From Pseudomonadota bacterium (GTDB lineage: Bacteria; Bdellovibrionota; FAC87; UBA2466), in assembly GCA_043767805.1 (NCBI GenBank), contig JAYUGC010000066.1, positions 1 through 64,000 on the forward strand: 64,000 nt of DNA. Reading direction: 5' to 3'. The translations under genes and the position numbers were made by a program. Positions 1-10,730 of the stretch are shown piece after piece. Position 1 is the first letter of the stretch. Every line of letters begins with the position of its first letter. The notes beneath the pieces were generated by a model that was not told where the DNA came from, did not search any database, and saw only the letters and a program-made list of their open reading frames with translations.

Positions 1-1082
1 CCCGGTTCTGCGGGCTCCGACCGATGCCCATCCATCAGCTCACGAATCTTCGCGGGCACCTTGGCCCCCGGCTGCACTCCGAAAAGCCGCAAGACCACGC
101 GACGATTCTTGCGCTGGTCCAGAGGGCCCGTCGTCACGAGCGGCCGGTTGAAGCCGTAACCGTGGGTGTGGACTCGCTCGCGGCGCACGCCCTTCGCGAT
201 GAAAATCGATCCCACCGAGTCCGCCCGCTTCTGCGATAGTTCTTGGTTGTACTCCGCTGAGCCCACCTTATCCGTATGGCCTTCAATTTCGATGCGCTCG
301 TACTCACTACGATAGGCGTAGAGCAAACGCCCCATGTCGTTCAAGATCATCTCCGACCGCTCCGAGAGCTGCCACGAGTCCGTCTTGAAGAAGGCGCGAA
401 TCAAACTGATGTCCACGGACGGGCCGACCACGGCCTCGACCGGCGCGGGGCTTAGCGAGAAGCCGAATTGCACGGAGAACTCCGCGCCGAAAACCTGCCG
501 ATTAGGCACATTGATGTCGGTCACCAAGCGGCCCCCGATACGAAACGGTAAACGAGGGTGCGGCGTTTCGTAAAATAGCTGAAGACCCGTCATCAAGATA
601 AAACCCTTCGACGGCTCGCCCGCTAGTAAAGGAGCAATGGTCGGACGATGGCTCAAGTCACCACCGACGTGACCCGCGAGAAAAGGACCGAGCTGCCAGC
701 TATTGGTGAGACGATACCGCGCGCCCAATTCCAAAAAAGCGGACGTCATGCTGAGCGTCGCTTCGAGACCCGTGCTGCGGGTTCCGGAAATTCTTTTGTA
801 AGCGAGACCCAGACCCACTTCATAGATCCACTCGGGCTGGTAGATGGAGAGCATCCCTTTGACGTCGAGTCCGAGACCCGACTTGTTCTCTTCACCAGCA
901 ACGGAAGAGACCACGGTATTAAAGCCCAAGTCGCCGCCGCCGAAGAACCAGAGCTTATTCAGTCGACGGGGCGCCCTGGTGACCTGCTCTTCTTCCGCCC
1001 GAACCTGTCCGCCGAGTAGACACATGACGGCGAGAGTTAAAAACAAATTGTGAAGGAAACGCGAGTCTTTGTGGTTTGCCAT
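1..1082 (-). CDS. OmpA-family outer membrane protein (N-terminal beta-barrel plus OmpA C-like peptidoglycan-binding domain), 3' end runs off the window
   Basis: Not in the ORF track (no stop in window). Manual translation from ATG 1082: signal peptide MANHKDSRFLHNLFLTLAVMCLLGGQVRA; C-terminal IEIEGHTDKVGSAEYNQELSQKRADSV...GYGFNRP...KNRRV. Confidence 0.9.
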   Translation of the reverse strand, partial: MANHKDSRFLHNLFLTLAVMCLLGGQVRAEEEQVTRAPRRLNKLWFFGGGDLGFNTVVSSVAGEENKSGLGLDVKGMLSIYQPEWIYEVGLGLAYKRISGTRSTGLEATLSMTSAFLELGARYRLTNSWQLGPFLAGHVGGDLSHRPTIAPLLAGEPSKGFILMTGLQLFYETPHPRLPFRIGGRLVTDINVPNRQVFGAEFSVQFGFSLSPAPVEAVVGPSVDISLIRAFFKTDSWQLSERSEMILNDMGRLLYAYRSEYERIEIEGHTDKVGSAEYNQELSQKRADSVGSIFIAKGVRRERVHTHGYGFNRPLVTTGPLDQRKNRRVVLRLFGVQPGAKVPAKIRELMDGHRSEPAEP

Positions 1083-1309
1083 GTTGTCACTTGGTGAATC
1101 GGTGAAGGTGCACTCAGTTTACACACCAAGAATCTCTCTGACTAGTCGATGACTTACACCGAGGGCCGGAATGGCGAGCTGGGCATTGTGAAAATTGATT
1201 CGGTGCATTATACTTTTATTAACTCATCCACATTGGGGCCAAAGACGAACGGGTGCGAAGCGCATGGGGTCGCTTCTCATTTTCCCTCGTAGCCCTCCGG
1301 TCGCAAAAT

Positions 1310-4300
1310 ATGTCCAAAAAAATTATCGCTTTCACCGCGGCTTTGGTTTGCCTTGCCTTGCAGACTTCCTGTCGGCTGGGCTCGGACTACACGGTCACCG
1401 AACCTACGACGCTAAATAGTGGGGGTTCGGGAGTTACCGCGGCAGGTTCCGTGTCTGCCATAGTCTTGGTGGGACCTACCTTCATCAAAGTGGATGGATG
1501 CCGCGGACCCTTCACCGTGGTAGGGCACGACGACCAAGGCCGCTCCGGCGCGGTGTTTTCCGGCGGCTCCAGCGTCCGCATCACCGGCCTACCGCCGGGA
1601 ACGGGAATCTTCTCCGACTCGTCTTGCTCGACGGGCGCGGGAAACAGCGGGTTGCAGGTTCCTTCCGAAGGCAGCCCTCGTCTCGAATTTTATCTGACTC
1701 CGGTCAGCCTCGGAGAAGCCAATCTCGCGGCCTCCAACGGCTCATTGATCGAAGGCCACTTCAAGACCACGATTCTCGCGGGCTCCGCTCGCGAAGCCGT
1801 CATTCTTTCCCCACGCAATATTTCCGCTTTCCGTTGCGTGCAGGCGTCGATCTACTTAAGAGACGCGCGCGGTAACCGCACCAATGCGGAAGAGACCATC
1901 GATTTCGACTTGAGCCTCTCGAACTTTCCGCGCCTAAATTTCTACGCGAACGCGGGCTGCACCATCGCCACGAGCTCGGCGCGCGCGCTTTCCGGCGCCT
2001 CCGAAACGGCGCCCTTCTATCTATTCGCGAGCGGCGCGGGCGACGGCGTCATCAACGCCGCGCCGAACTCGGCCACCATCGATGTCGCTCACAGAGACGT
2101 GAGCGCCATGGTGAACGACGCGCCTCGCCTGACTTTCTCTCATGCGGCCGGCCGGCATGCCGTCCACACGTGTCTTGCCGTCACGCTGCTGAGCCAAGAT
2201 TCGCAGGGCTCGGAACTTAAAATGCGCGTGCCGACGACGGTACAGCTCGAAGACAACTCTTCGAGCTTCCAGTTTTTCGGGCAAGCGGGTTGCACGGGGG
2301 CGATTACTTCCGCGGATTTCGCCGCTCAAGCAAGCAGCGTGACCTTCTGGGCGTCCACTGACGTAGGGCCGCAGACGGTCGGCATCGCCGCGCGCGAGCC
2401 GAACTACGTTTCCGCCGTTTCGAGCTTGCAATGGATCGCGGGCGCGCCGAAAACCGTCGAGTTCTTCGCGCTCCTCCCCACGTCTCACGTGGGCGATTCG
2501 ATGCCGGGCTTCGTGAAACTGAAAGACGCCTATAACAACTACGCCGTGGTCAGCCAAAGAACGCCCATCGTCTTGGCCAAATCGTCTAACTCCGTCGCCA
2601 ACGTGAAATTTCTCGCGGGCTCTTGCCAGGGCCCTCAATCGCCGCAAATTCACGTCGAAGTGAACGAGGCCAGCTCTCCGTTCTGTCTCCTCTTCACCAA
2701 GCCGGGCGCGCTCACCATCGGCGCGAGCTCCGCCGGGCTCATTCCGGCGAGCGCCGACATCATGGTTGGCCCTTATGGCGGCCCCGCGAGCCGGCTCGTA
2801 TTCGATACGGTCGCCACCGTGGAAGCGGGCGTGTGCGTGCCTTTCACTCTCAAGGCGCAGGACGCCTTCCAAAATCCCCTTCCCGTGGGACAGGCCATCA
2901 ATTTCAAGTTGTCTTCCCCGTCTCCAACGGCGCGCTTCTTCTCGAGTGGAGCCCCTTGCAACGGCGCTATTTCCGCCATCGTCATGCCGCAAGGTAGCTC
3001 CAGCGTGACTGGCTATTGGTCCGACACCAAGGCCGGCAGCACCGTTTTGACGACAAAAAACGACCCGGAAGTCCCGCTTCCGCTCGATGCTTCCGCGACG
3101 GTCGAAATCCTCGCGGGCCGCCCGACGCAAATCGTCTGGCAAGGCATCGCGCCGGGGGCGTTCCCGGGCCAAGTGATCGGCCCCGTGGCTTTAATTGCCA
3201 AGGATGCGTTCGACAACCCCGCCCGGCTGGCCCAGGCGTTGGTGGCGACAGTCAGCGTGCCGGGCGCGGCGGACAACAAATTCAGCGTGAACGATCCGTC
3301 GTTCAACACGTCCACCACCCAGGTTACGATTCCGGTGACGGAAAATCGCCTGGACCGTATCTATTTGCGCGTTCGTTCGATCGGTAATTTCGACGTGGTG
3401 GCGCACCCGACGGTGAGCTCCATCGCCGATGCGAGCACTCGTTTGGAAATCCGACCCGCGCCGGCGACGAGCCTTCGTTTGACGGTTGCGACGACGAGCC
3501 CGGCCGCGGGTGACTGCGTTCCCGCGACGGCGACTCTCGTGGACGGCGACAATAATCCGCTCGTTCTCGATCCGGTCTCGCTCAGCCTTTCTTCCGACAG
3601 CCCGGTGGCGGGCGTCTTCAAAACGGCGTCCGATTGCACCCGTGGTCTTTCCCCGGAAAAATTGAATCTGACTCCGGCTCAGCCGGTCGGTCAGTTCATG
3701 GTGCGCACGACCCTTGCCGGCCCGCTCCAGATCAACGCGATTTTGGACGGCACGACCCAGACGCGCTCGGTGACCTTGAACGTCGGTCCCGGCGGACAGC
3801 GCCATCTCGATCTCGAGTCGAGCGGCCCGAATCAATTCTTGATGGGGGGAGTCGGCGGCCCGTACGAAGTCGTCTTGCGCGACGGGTTTGGTAACCTCGT
3901 GAAGCCCGACACCAACCAACCGATTTCCTTGAACAGCAGTCCCGCGGATCTTTCGATCCTCGCGGGCCCGACGGTGGGCTCCGGGACTCCGGTACTCTCA
4001 TCCCTGACTGGCCGAGGCAATTTCTATCTGACCGGATCGGTTCCCGGCGTACATACCATCTCGGCGGTTTCCGGCGGCTTAACCTCGAGTAACCGGTCGG
4101 TCACGGTCCGCAACCTTACGCCTACGATTCTCGCCGTGGTTCCCGGCGAAGGCCCCACCGCGGGTGGCACTCGTATCGTCCTCACCGGAACGGAATTCGT
4201 TTCCGGCATGGGCGTGATGGTCGGCGGCGCGGCTTGTTCGAGCGTCAGCGTGACGAACCCGAGCTCGCTGGCTTGCACCACGCCCGCGGGAACCGCGGGA

Positions 4301-6901
4301 AAAGTGGACGTTGTCGTCTCGCCTCCGAATGGCGCGGCGGCGAACATGCACGAAGGCTTTACCTATCTCGCTCCGGCCCCGACCTGTGTCGGCATTCAGC
4401 CTTCCGAAGGCCCCGAAGCCGGCGGCACGCCGGTTACCGTCATGGGCAGCGGATTTATCGCCGGCGCGTCTGTCACTTTCGATGGCCTGGCTTGCGCGAG
4501 CTTGCAAGTGTTCTCGGCGACCGAGATCCGTTGCCTGACGCCCGCGCATCCGGCGGGTACCGCCGTAGTCGAAGTGCGTAACCGCTACTCTTATCCGTGG
4601 AGCTCTGCGACGGGATTCTATTTCCGCAAAAATCCCCCCGTCGTGGGAACGATCTCGCCGGCCGAGGGTCCTTCCGCGGGCGGAGCTAACGTCAACATCC
4701 AAGGCCGGGGCTTCCTGCGGGGTGTAACGGTTGCCTTTGGAGGATCGACCTGCGCCGTGACGTCCGTAACCAACACGCTGGTGAAATGTACGACCTCGGC
4801 CCATGTTCCAGGGCCAGTACCGGTGTCCGTGAAGAATTCGGACTCGTTCCCGTTCACGCGCGCCAACGCCTACACGTATCTGAGCCCGGCACCGGTCCCG
4901 ACCCTCATTACGCCGGTCATGGGCAGTTATCTCGGCGGCACGGTCGTCACCATCAACGGTAGCGGCTTTTTGCCGGGCGTCCGAGTGAATTTCGCAGACA
5001 GTCCCTGCGCGTCCGTCATCGCTTCACAAAGCACCATAGTCTGCACGACCACGGCGCATGCTCCGGGAGCCGTGGCGGTGAAAGTTTCGAACGTGAACTC
5101 GCTACCGGCTAAGCTGCCGATGGCCTTCACCTATTTGGGTAACGCTCCGACCATCGCGAGCGTCACTCCCGGCTCTGGTCCCGCGACGGGCGGGACGCCG
5201 CTTACCATTCGCGGAAACGGCTTCCTCCCGGGAGCCACGATCTACGTCGGTGCCTCGGTATGTATCAACAGCCAATGCCCGAGCCCGGGGGAACTGCATT
5301 GCACCACGCAAAGCCACGTTCCGGCTTTGGTCGACGTCATCATTTCGAATCCGGGCTCGATCGCGGGCCGCCTGCCCTCGAGCTACCGTTACCTCGCTCC
5401 CGGCCCCGTGGTTCAGTCCGTGGTGCCCGCCTTCGGCTCTTATCAAGGCGGCACTCCGGTTACGGTCACCGGTACGGGCTTCATGGCCAGCGCGCAACTC
5501 TCTTTCGGAGGCTCCGTTTGTAACGGAGTCGCCCTCGACTCCCCGACGCACTTGCGTTGCACGACGTCCGCGCACGCGGCGGGACTCGTGGCGATCTCGA
5601 TTAGCCAGGCGGAAAGCCTCTCGGGATCGGGCGGCAACTTCTATACGTACGTGGGAGCACCGGTCATCAATACCCAGACGAACACGTCTCCGGGTCTCAC
5701 GCCCACCACGGGCTTGAGAGACACCTCGACCCGCGTCACCATCACCGGAACGAATCTTTCGCCTCCGGGGCAAGAGCCGGCGGTGACGATGAGCAACCAG
5801 CCTTGCGCGATCGTGTCCTACGCGAAGGCGCAAATCGTCTGCAATACGTCGATTAACCTGCCGACGGGGCCGCACCCGGTCGTCATCAGCCACGTCGGCG
5901 GATCGACTCCCGCGGCGGGACCGCCGATCTTCACGGTTACCGACATTTCGTTTAGCCCCACCGAGCCCCTCAATCCCAGACGCGGATTAGTGCAAGGCGG
6001 AACGGTCATCACCATCAAAGGCACGGGCCTCACCGACGCTCAAGGGCGCACGGAAGTACGTCTCGATGGGATTCTGTGCCCGCTCGTTTCCGCGGTGGCA
6101 ACTCAAGTGGTTTGCACGACGCCGCCTCACGCACTGGGCCCGGTGAACGTGGTGGTGTCGCAAGGCGGATTGTCCGCGACGGTGCCCGTGCCCTTCACTT
6201 ACGTGGATTGCACCAGCGCCGTGGCCGTCGTCGATGCGGCGGCGAGGGCAAATTTCCTCGGTGCGGACGGCGCTCGCCAGAACGGGCTCTGGTCCCAAGG
6301 AGCCAACGTTCCCAAATTCTGGAACCCGTACTACGGCAATGGCACCGGTATCAACTACTTCAATAACGACGCGAGCCGCTTGAACGCTTGCCGCATGCGC
6401 GGTTACTCGCGCGTGGAAAGCTACACGGTGAACTCTTGGAGCTCGCCGCACAACAACTCCGAGATGATGTGGAACGACGCTTTGACCACGTACGAAATCG
6501 TGCGCGGCTCCTGGCCGGGTATGAATACGTTCACCAACACCTACGTCTGCGCGGGCAAGCTCAATGCCGTTTGCGACAATCCGAAATGGATTTTCCCGCG
6601 GGCGCCGGCAGGCAAATGGCATAACGTGGATCAGCTCCACTGTCCCACCTTCTGCTCGCAGATTGGTTTTACGAACAACCCGAGCCCGGAAGGCATGCGT
6701 TGCGTGGCTGGCGAGCAGCAGGCGGCTTCCGCCTATCCTTATATCAACTATCGCTACGGTTACTGGCGCAGCCGGGAAATCCCGGGGCGCAGCTCGAGTG
6801 ACGCCTCGAGCGGTAACTTCAACGAGGAGTGCTACGCTAGCGGGCAAAAGCATGACCACGACTCGACGGACAAGACGGTCGGTTGCTGGTGCTCGCGGTA
6901 A
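1310..6901 (+). CDS. Giant surface protein (probable lipoprotein) with Ig-like repeats, 8 IPT/TIG repeats and a Cys-rich C-terminal domain
   Basis: Likely start MSKKIIAFTAALVCLALQTSC (lipobox-like); repeated P..GP..GGT.VT..G.GF...C..C.T..H..G.V.V.V units at about 4117-6205; N-terminal repeats with D..GN and FF...C motifs. Confidence 0.85.
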   Translation: MSKKIIAFTAALVCLALQTSCRLGSDYTVTEPTTLNSGGSGVTAAGSVSAIVLVGPTFIKVDGCRGPFTVVGHDDQGRSGAVFSGGSSVRITGLPPGTGIFSDSSCSTGAGNSGLQVPSEGSPRLEFYLTPVSLGEANLAASNGSLIEGHFKTTILAGSAREAVILSPRNISAFRCVQASIYLRDARGNRTNAEETIDFDLSLSNFPRLNFYANAGCTIATSSARALSGASETAPFYLFASGAGDGVINAAPNSATIDVAHRDVSAMVNDAPRLTFSHAAGRHAVHTCLAVTLLSQDSQGSELKMRVPTTVQLEDNSSSFQFFGQAGCTGAITSADFAAQASSVTFWASTDVGPQTVGIAAREPNYVSAVSSLQWIAGAPKTVEFFALLPTSHVGDSMPGFVKLKDAYNNYAVVSQRTPIVLAKSSNSVANVKFLAGSCQGPQSPQIHVEVNEASSPFCLLFTKPGALTIGASSAGLIPASADIMVGPYGGPASRLVFDTVATVEAGVCVPFTLKAQDAFQNPLPVGQAINFKLSSPSPTARFFSSGAPCNGAISAIVMPQGSSSVTGYWSDTKAGSTVLTTKNDPEVPLPLDASATVEILAGRPTQIVWQGIAPGAFPGQVIGPVALIAKDAFDNPARLAQALVATVSVPGAADNKFSVNDPSFNTSTTQVTIPVTENRLDRIYLRVRSIGNFDVVAHPTVSSIADASTRLEIRPAPATSLRLTVATTSPAAGDCVPATATLVDGDNNPLVLDPVSLSLSSDSPVAGVFKTASDCTRGLSPEKLNLTPAQPVGQFMVRTTLAGPLQINAILDGTTQTRSVTLNVGPGGQRHLDLESSGPNQFLMGGVGGPYEVVLRDGFGNLVKPDTNQPISLNSSPADLSILAGPTVGSGTPVLSSLTGRGNFYLTGSVPGVHTISAVSGGLTSSNRSVTVRNLTPTILAVVPGEGPTAGGTRIVLTGTEFVSGMGVMVGGAACSSVSVTNPSSLACTTPAGTAGKVDVVVSPPNGAAANMHEGFTYLAPAPTCVGIQPSEGPEAGGTPVTVMGSGFIAGASVTFDGLACASLQVFSATEIRCLTPAHPAGTAVVEVRNRYSYPWSSATGFYFRKNPPVVGTISPAEGPSAGGANVNIQGRGFLRGVTVAFGGSTCAVTSVTNTLVKCTTSAHVPGPVPVSVKNSDSFPFTRANAYTYLSPAPVPTLITPVMGSYLGGTVVTINGSGFLPGVRVNFADSPCASVIASQSTIVCTTTAHAPGAVAVKVSNVNSLPAKLPMAFTYLGNAPTIASVTPGSGPATGGTPLTIRGNGFLPGATIYVGASVCINSQCPSPGELHCTTQSHVPALVDVIISNPGSIAGRLPSSYRYLAPGPVVQSVVPAFGSYQGGTPVTVTGTGFMASAQLSFGGSVCNGVALDSPTHLRCTTSAHAAGLVAISISQAESLSGSGGNFYTYVGAPVINTQTNTSPGLTPTTGLRDTSTRVTITGTNLSPPGQEPAVTMSNQPCAIVSYAKAQIVCNTSINLPTGPHPVVISHVGGSTPAAGPPIFTVTDISFSPTEPLNPRRGLVQGGTVITIKGTGLTDAQGRTEVRLDGILCPLVSAVATQVVCTTPPHALGPVNVVVSQGGLSATVPVPFTYVDCTSAVAVVDAAARANFLGADGARQNGLWSQGANVPKFWNPYYGNGTGINYFNNDASRLNACRMRGYSRVESYTVNSWSSPHNNSEMMWNDALTTYEIVRGSWPGMNTFTNTYVCAGKLNAVCDNPKWIFPRAPAGKWHNVDQLHCPTFCSQIGFTNNPSPEGMRCVAGEQQAASAYPYINYRYGYWRSREIPGRSSSDASSGNFNEECYASGQKHDHDSTDKTVGCWCSR

Positions 6902-6928
6902 CGGCTGGCTAGTTAGGCCCGACAGGGC

Positions 6929-8020
6929 CTAGTTAACTTTGGGACGCTTCTTACCGGCCCGCGGCTTCTTGACGGGAGCTTTGGCGGGAGCAGCTTTCTC
7001 TTTGGCCTTTACCTTGGCGGCTTCGGTGCCCTCGGATGAGTCTTCGTCCGAGGACGCCTCGTCGCCCTCTTCCTTCTCGTCCTTGGCCTTCTCGTCAGAG
7101 GGCTTTGCCTTCGTTTCAGGCGCCGCCGCGGCCGGAGTCTCCTTCGGAGTCTCATTGGCGGCTTTCTCTTTCGCGGGCACTCTTTCGGTCAGGGGGGGCG
7201 GTGGCTGCGGCGCGCTGACCGCGGTCAAGCCAGGGGACACCCCGGCCAGCGCCGCGAAGGACGGCACGGTCGAGCAGAGACGGGCCCAGTTGGCGAAGTT
7301 GTATCCGAACGATTCTCCGAGCATCCAGGGCGCGCCGTCCTTTCGAGCGAAAGGGGTTCGGTAAATCGTTTGCGAGAGCTGATCCAGCCAGCCTCTCGCT
7401 TCTTGCAGCATCGGATTATCCTGCGATGCCGTAGCCGATTCGGCCATCGGTTGCGTAGGCAGCATCTGGTCGAGCGCATTCTGGCATTGAGTGGCTTTCG
7501 ACACCATCTCGTCGTTACTCTTTGCTCCCAGGGCATGGCGCAGGGCCACGCAGTTCGTGGGGTTGATCAGAATGACGTCGACTTTTCCGATTTTTGGATG
7601 AAGGAAGGCCACGTACTCGATGCTGCCACTCACGGAGAGGCTCGCATAAAATTTGGTTCCGGGCGCGACGGCCGAAACGTAGCCGATGCCGCGCGGGTTT
7701 CTACCTACGTCGCGAAAGTTGATAATGAGACTGTGCTGAGGCGAAACGAGGTTGGGAAGCACTTGGGCGCGCGAGGTGTAGATGACCTGGTGGCCGTCAG
7801 TGCCGGCGTCGCTCACCTTCCATTCGGCCCCCGCCATGATCGGATCGCCGGCTTTGCTGAACGAGAATCCGCCCATGCCCGGGTCGAACAAAGCGTTCAA
7901 GTACGCCGCCTCGTTGTCGGCGCGGGCGACCGAAACGAAAGCAGAAAACAAGACGAAGGCGTGTCCTGCTTTCCGAGCGATCGAAGCTAAATTTTCATTC
8001 CGTTTTCGCACTTTTAGCAT
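6929..8020 (-). CDS. Secreted hypothetical protein with Pro-, acidic- and Lys-rich low-complexity tail
   Basis: Hydrophobic segment ending VARA, then globular part, then PPPP, EEGDEASSDEDSSE and KKPRAGKKRPK tail. Confidence 0.7.
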   Translation of the reverse strand: MLKVRKRNENLASIARKAGHAFVLFSAFVSVARADNEAAYLNALFDPGMGGFSFSKAGDPIMAGAEWKVSDAGTDGHQVIYTSRAQVLPNLVSPQHSLIINFRDVGRNPRGIGYVSAVAPGTKFYASLSVSGSIEYVAFLHPKIGKVDVILINPTNCVALRHALGAKSNDEMVSKATQCQNALDQMLPTQPMAESATASQDNPMLQEARGWLDQLSQTIYRTPFARKDGAPWMLGESFGYNFANWARLCSTVPSFAALAGVSPGLTAVSAPQPPPPLTERVPAKEKAANETPKETPAAAAPETKAKPSDEKAKDEKEEGDEASSDEDSSEGTEAAKVKAKEKAAPAKAPVKKPRAGKKRPKVN

Positions 8021-8043
8021 TCGTAAACGTTACTCTTTCTTTC

Positions 8044-8071
8044 TTTTCGGATCTTCCGGCGATTTTCTGTA
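8044..8071 (-). promoter_or_regulatory. sigma28/FliA-like promoter candidate (TACAG-N15-TCCGAAAA)
   Basis: Same spacing as three other candidates in the window; just upstream of ORF 6929..8020. Confidence 0.4.
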
Positions 8072-8225
8072 CCACCGCGCAGGCAGGGGCCAGACCTTCA
8101 CCGCGCTCAGCTTCAAACAGTGCGTCGTGCGGCCGAGTCTAGACGTTGGGAGCGGCACGAACACCGCGTTATAGCGGCGACACCCTTTCTGAAGCAGTCC
8201 GGCAAAATGCGGAAAATTTCACAAT

Positions 8226-9011
8226 TTGAGACCAGGCGAAAACCGAAACTTGCCACGGGCGCCGTCTCCCTCCACCATCAGGGCGGTGGGCCGAACGCTC
8301 AAATTTTCTTTCGAACGAAAGCACCGCGCCCAACCTTGGGCGCTTGAGTGTGCGCTTGGCGAACAGATTTTCGAAGAAGTGAAAGCGGGGCTGTCTTTGA
8401 ACGATCGCCGCTTCGATCGTCTCTTCTCGCCGCGAGCCCGGGATGCTTCGGCTCAGCATTGGACGCCGCTATCGGTGGCGAAAAGAGCGGCGGAGCTATT
8501 AACCGAGGGACAGGGTCGGTTCATTCTCGACGTCGGCTCGGGAGTCGGAAAATTCTGTTTCATCGGAGCCCTCACCACGCCCGGGCATTTTGTCGGTGTG
8601 GAAACACGTGAGTGGCTGGTGCGCGAGTCCCAGGAGCTCACGCGAAGATTTGGTATAGAGCGTGTCGAGCTCGTTCGAGGAGGCATGCGAGAGGTGGATT
8701 GGGACCTCTTCGACGGACTCTATTTCTACAATCCCTTCTACGAGCATCTCGAGGCTGCCTCCCGTATCGATGAGTCCTTGGAGCTGAACCGGCAGACCTT
8801 CCGCGAGGAGATGGCTTGGGTGATGAAACGGCTCGAGACCTTAAAGCCCGGCGTGAGAGTCGTGACGTTCCACGGCTTGGGCGGAGCTCTTCCCGCCTCG
8901 TTCGAGCTCCAGGGCAAAGAGCCGGCCGGAGAAGATTTTCTGGAGCTCTGGGTGAAGCGCTCCGAAGTCGTGCGCCGCATTGATGACGAAAAGTATCCAG
9001 GGGCGCGCTAG
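8226..9011 (+). CDS. Class I SAM-dependent methyltransferase (start uncertain)
   Basis: ILDVGSGVGKF motif I; HWTP and YFYNPF motifs. Confidence 0.8.
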   Translation: MRPGENRNLPRAPSPSTIRAVGRTLKFSFERKHRAQPWALECALGEQIFEEVKAGLSLNDRRFDRLFSPRARDASAQHWTPLSVAKRAAELLTEGQGRFILDVGSGVGKFCFIGALTTPGHFVGVETREWLVRESQELTRRFGIERVELVRGGMREVDWDLFDGLYFYNPFYEHLEAASRIDESLELNRQTFREEMAWVMKRLETLKPGVRVVTFHGLGGALPASFELQGKEPAGEDFLELWVKRSEVVRRIDDEKYPGAR

Positions 9012-10672
9012 GTCGTGGCTTCGCCTCGCACTAACCGGCGCAACGCGAGAGGATGAGTCGAAATCGGCTTATGCTCGTCCAATCCAACCACCGTTAGGTT
9101 AAGCCCTTGTCGCGCAAACTCCGTCCCCAGATCCTCGAGCTTGGCCATGACGCTATGGTCGACGACGCGCGCATTAGACAAGTCGACTTCGATGTTCTTA
9201 CGGCCGGCGATTCCCAAGGTATGAATCTTTCGGCGCACGACGATCCAGGTACTGAACACCGCCGCTTGCTGAGGCGCGATCTGGAGCGTGTCCCCGGTCT
9301 TCTCTTTGACTTCGAAAGTCGGCGAAAAGAGGGCCTTCAAAGGCGCGCCGTGGAGAAGGTGAAACGCGAGCTCGACCGCGATACCGATGCCAATGCCCAC
9401 CAACAGATCCGTCGAAAGAACGCCGACGATGGTCGAGAGGTAGACCACAAACTGTTCCCAGCCGATCTTGTAGACATGAAAGAACTCTTTCGGAGCCGCG
9501 AGTCTCAGTCCCGTATAGACCAGCATCGCGGCGAGCGCCGCGAGCGGAATGCGGTGAATGAGCACGGGCGCGAGAACCACGAAAGCGAGCAGGAAAACGC
9601 CGTGGAAGAAGTTCGAGTCGCGGGTTCGCGCTCCGTTATCCACGTTGGCGCGGCTCCGCACGATTTCCGAAATCATCGGCAATCCGCCGATGAGCGCGGC
9701 CAGGGTATTTCCCACGCCCACCGCGAGCAGATCCCGATCGAGATTGGTCTTGCGCTTCCAAGGGTCGAGAAGATCGATGGCCTTGGCGCTCAGAATCGAT
9801 TCCATGCTGCCAATGAGCGTGAACATGATTACCCACTTCCACGCCTTGGGAAGTAAGAGCGCGCTGAAATCCGGGAACGTCATGGCGTTGAACAGATTCG
9901 ACGGCACGGCCACCAGCTGCGACTGACCGACGAGATAGGCATGCCCATGCCAGAGATAGCCGTGGTCGTGGGCAAAATCGAAGAGAAAACCGAGCGGAAT
10001 GCTGACGGCGACCACCAGCATCGGGGCCGGAACCATACGGAAATACTTATTCCGCACGAAGGGCGCCAGCACGAGAATCAAGAAACTGATGCCGCCGATG
10101 AGCGCGACTTCCGGATTGAGACGGCTGATCTCTTCGGGGATTTTCATGAGCAAAGTAAACGGGCTTCCGGAAGCGCTAACCCCCAGCAAAATCGGCACCT
10201 GCTTCACGATGATGATGACGCCGATGGCGGCCAGCATGCCGTGGACCGCCGCCGCGGGAAAAAACTCGCCCAAAATGCCGGCGCGAAAGAGCGCGAGCAC
10301 TATTTGCAGCAGGCCCGCCGCCACGCCCACCGCGAGCGCGAGCTTATAAGCGTTCATATCGGCCGGGAGCGATTTGCCGCCCGTGTATCCGAGGTCGGTG
10401 ATGCAACCGATAGCGATGACGATGAGTCCCGCCGCGGGTCCTTTAATGGCCAAAGGAGAATCGCTGATGAACTTACCGACGATGCCGCCGATGACGGCCG
10501 TGAAAATTCCGGCGATGGCCGGGTAACCGCAGGCTAGCGAAATGCCCAGCGACAGGGGCAGCGCAATCAGGAAAACCAAAAAACCCGCGCTGATATCGAA
10601 GCGTAACGATTCACGAAGGGAAGTGGGAACGGGCCCGACCGGCGCGGAAGGGCCAGTTTTTTTCTCAGTCAT
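9008..10672 (-). CDS. sulP: SulP/SLC26-family inorganic anion (sulfate/bicarbonate) transporter with STAS-like C-terminus
   Basis: DISAGFLVFLIALPLSLGISLACG, GPAAGL, GGLPMISEIVRSRAN, IPLAALAAML; many TM segments; VDLSNARVVDHS STAS-like. Confidence 0.92.
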   Translation of the reverse strand: MTEKKTGPSAPVGPVPTSLRESLRFDISAGFLVFLIALPLSLGISLACGYPAIAGIFTAVIGGIVGKFISDSPLAIKGPAAGLIVIAIGCITDLGYTGGKSLPADMNAYKLALAVGVAAGLLQIVLALFRAGILGEFFPAAAVHGMLAAIGVIIIVKQVPILLGVSASGSPFTLLMKIPEEISRLNPEVALIGGISFLILVLAPFVRNKYFRMVPAPMLVVAVSIPLGFLFDFAHDHGYLWHGHAYLVGQSQLVAVPSNLFNAMTFPDFSALLLPKAWKWVIMFTLIGSMESILSAKAIDLLDPWKRKTNLDRDLLAVGVGNTLAALIGGLPMISEIVRSRANVDNGARTRDSNFFHGVFLLAFVVLAPVLIHRIPLAALAAMLVYTGLRLAAPKEFFHVYKIGWEQFVVYLSTIVGVLSTDLLVGIGIGIAVELAFHLLHGAPLKALFSPTFEVKEKTGDTLQIAPQQAAVFSTWIVVRRKIHTLGIAGRKNIEVDLSNARVVDHSVMAKLEDLGTEFARQGLNLTVVGLDEHKPISTHPLALRRLVRGEATT

Positions 10673-10730
10673 ATGAAGATCCTCTGAAACCGAATTGAAT
10701 TAGGCAATTGACTCGAGACGAGGGACGGCA

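Noticed and set aside
4117..6901. Repeats as CRISPR array or DGR target
   Set aside because: Repeats exist only at protein level (IPT/TIG); no nucleotide repeat-spacer pattern, template repeat or reverse transcriptase seen
8153..8168. Additional sigma54-like site CGGCACG-aaca-CCGC
   Set aside because: Poor -12 element and uncertain downstream start; too weak to list
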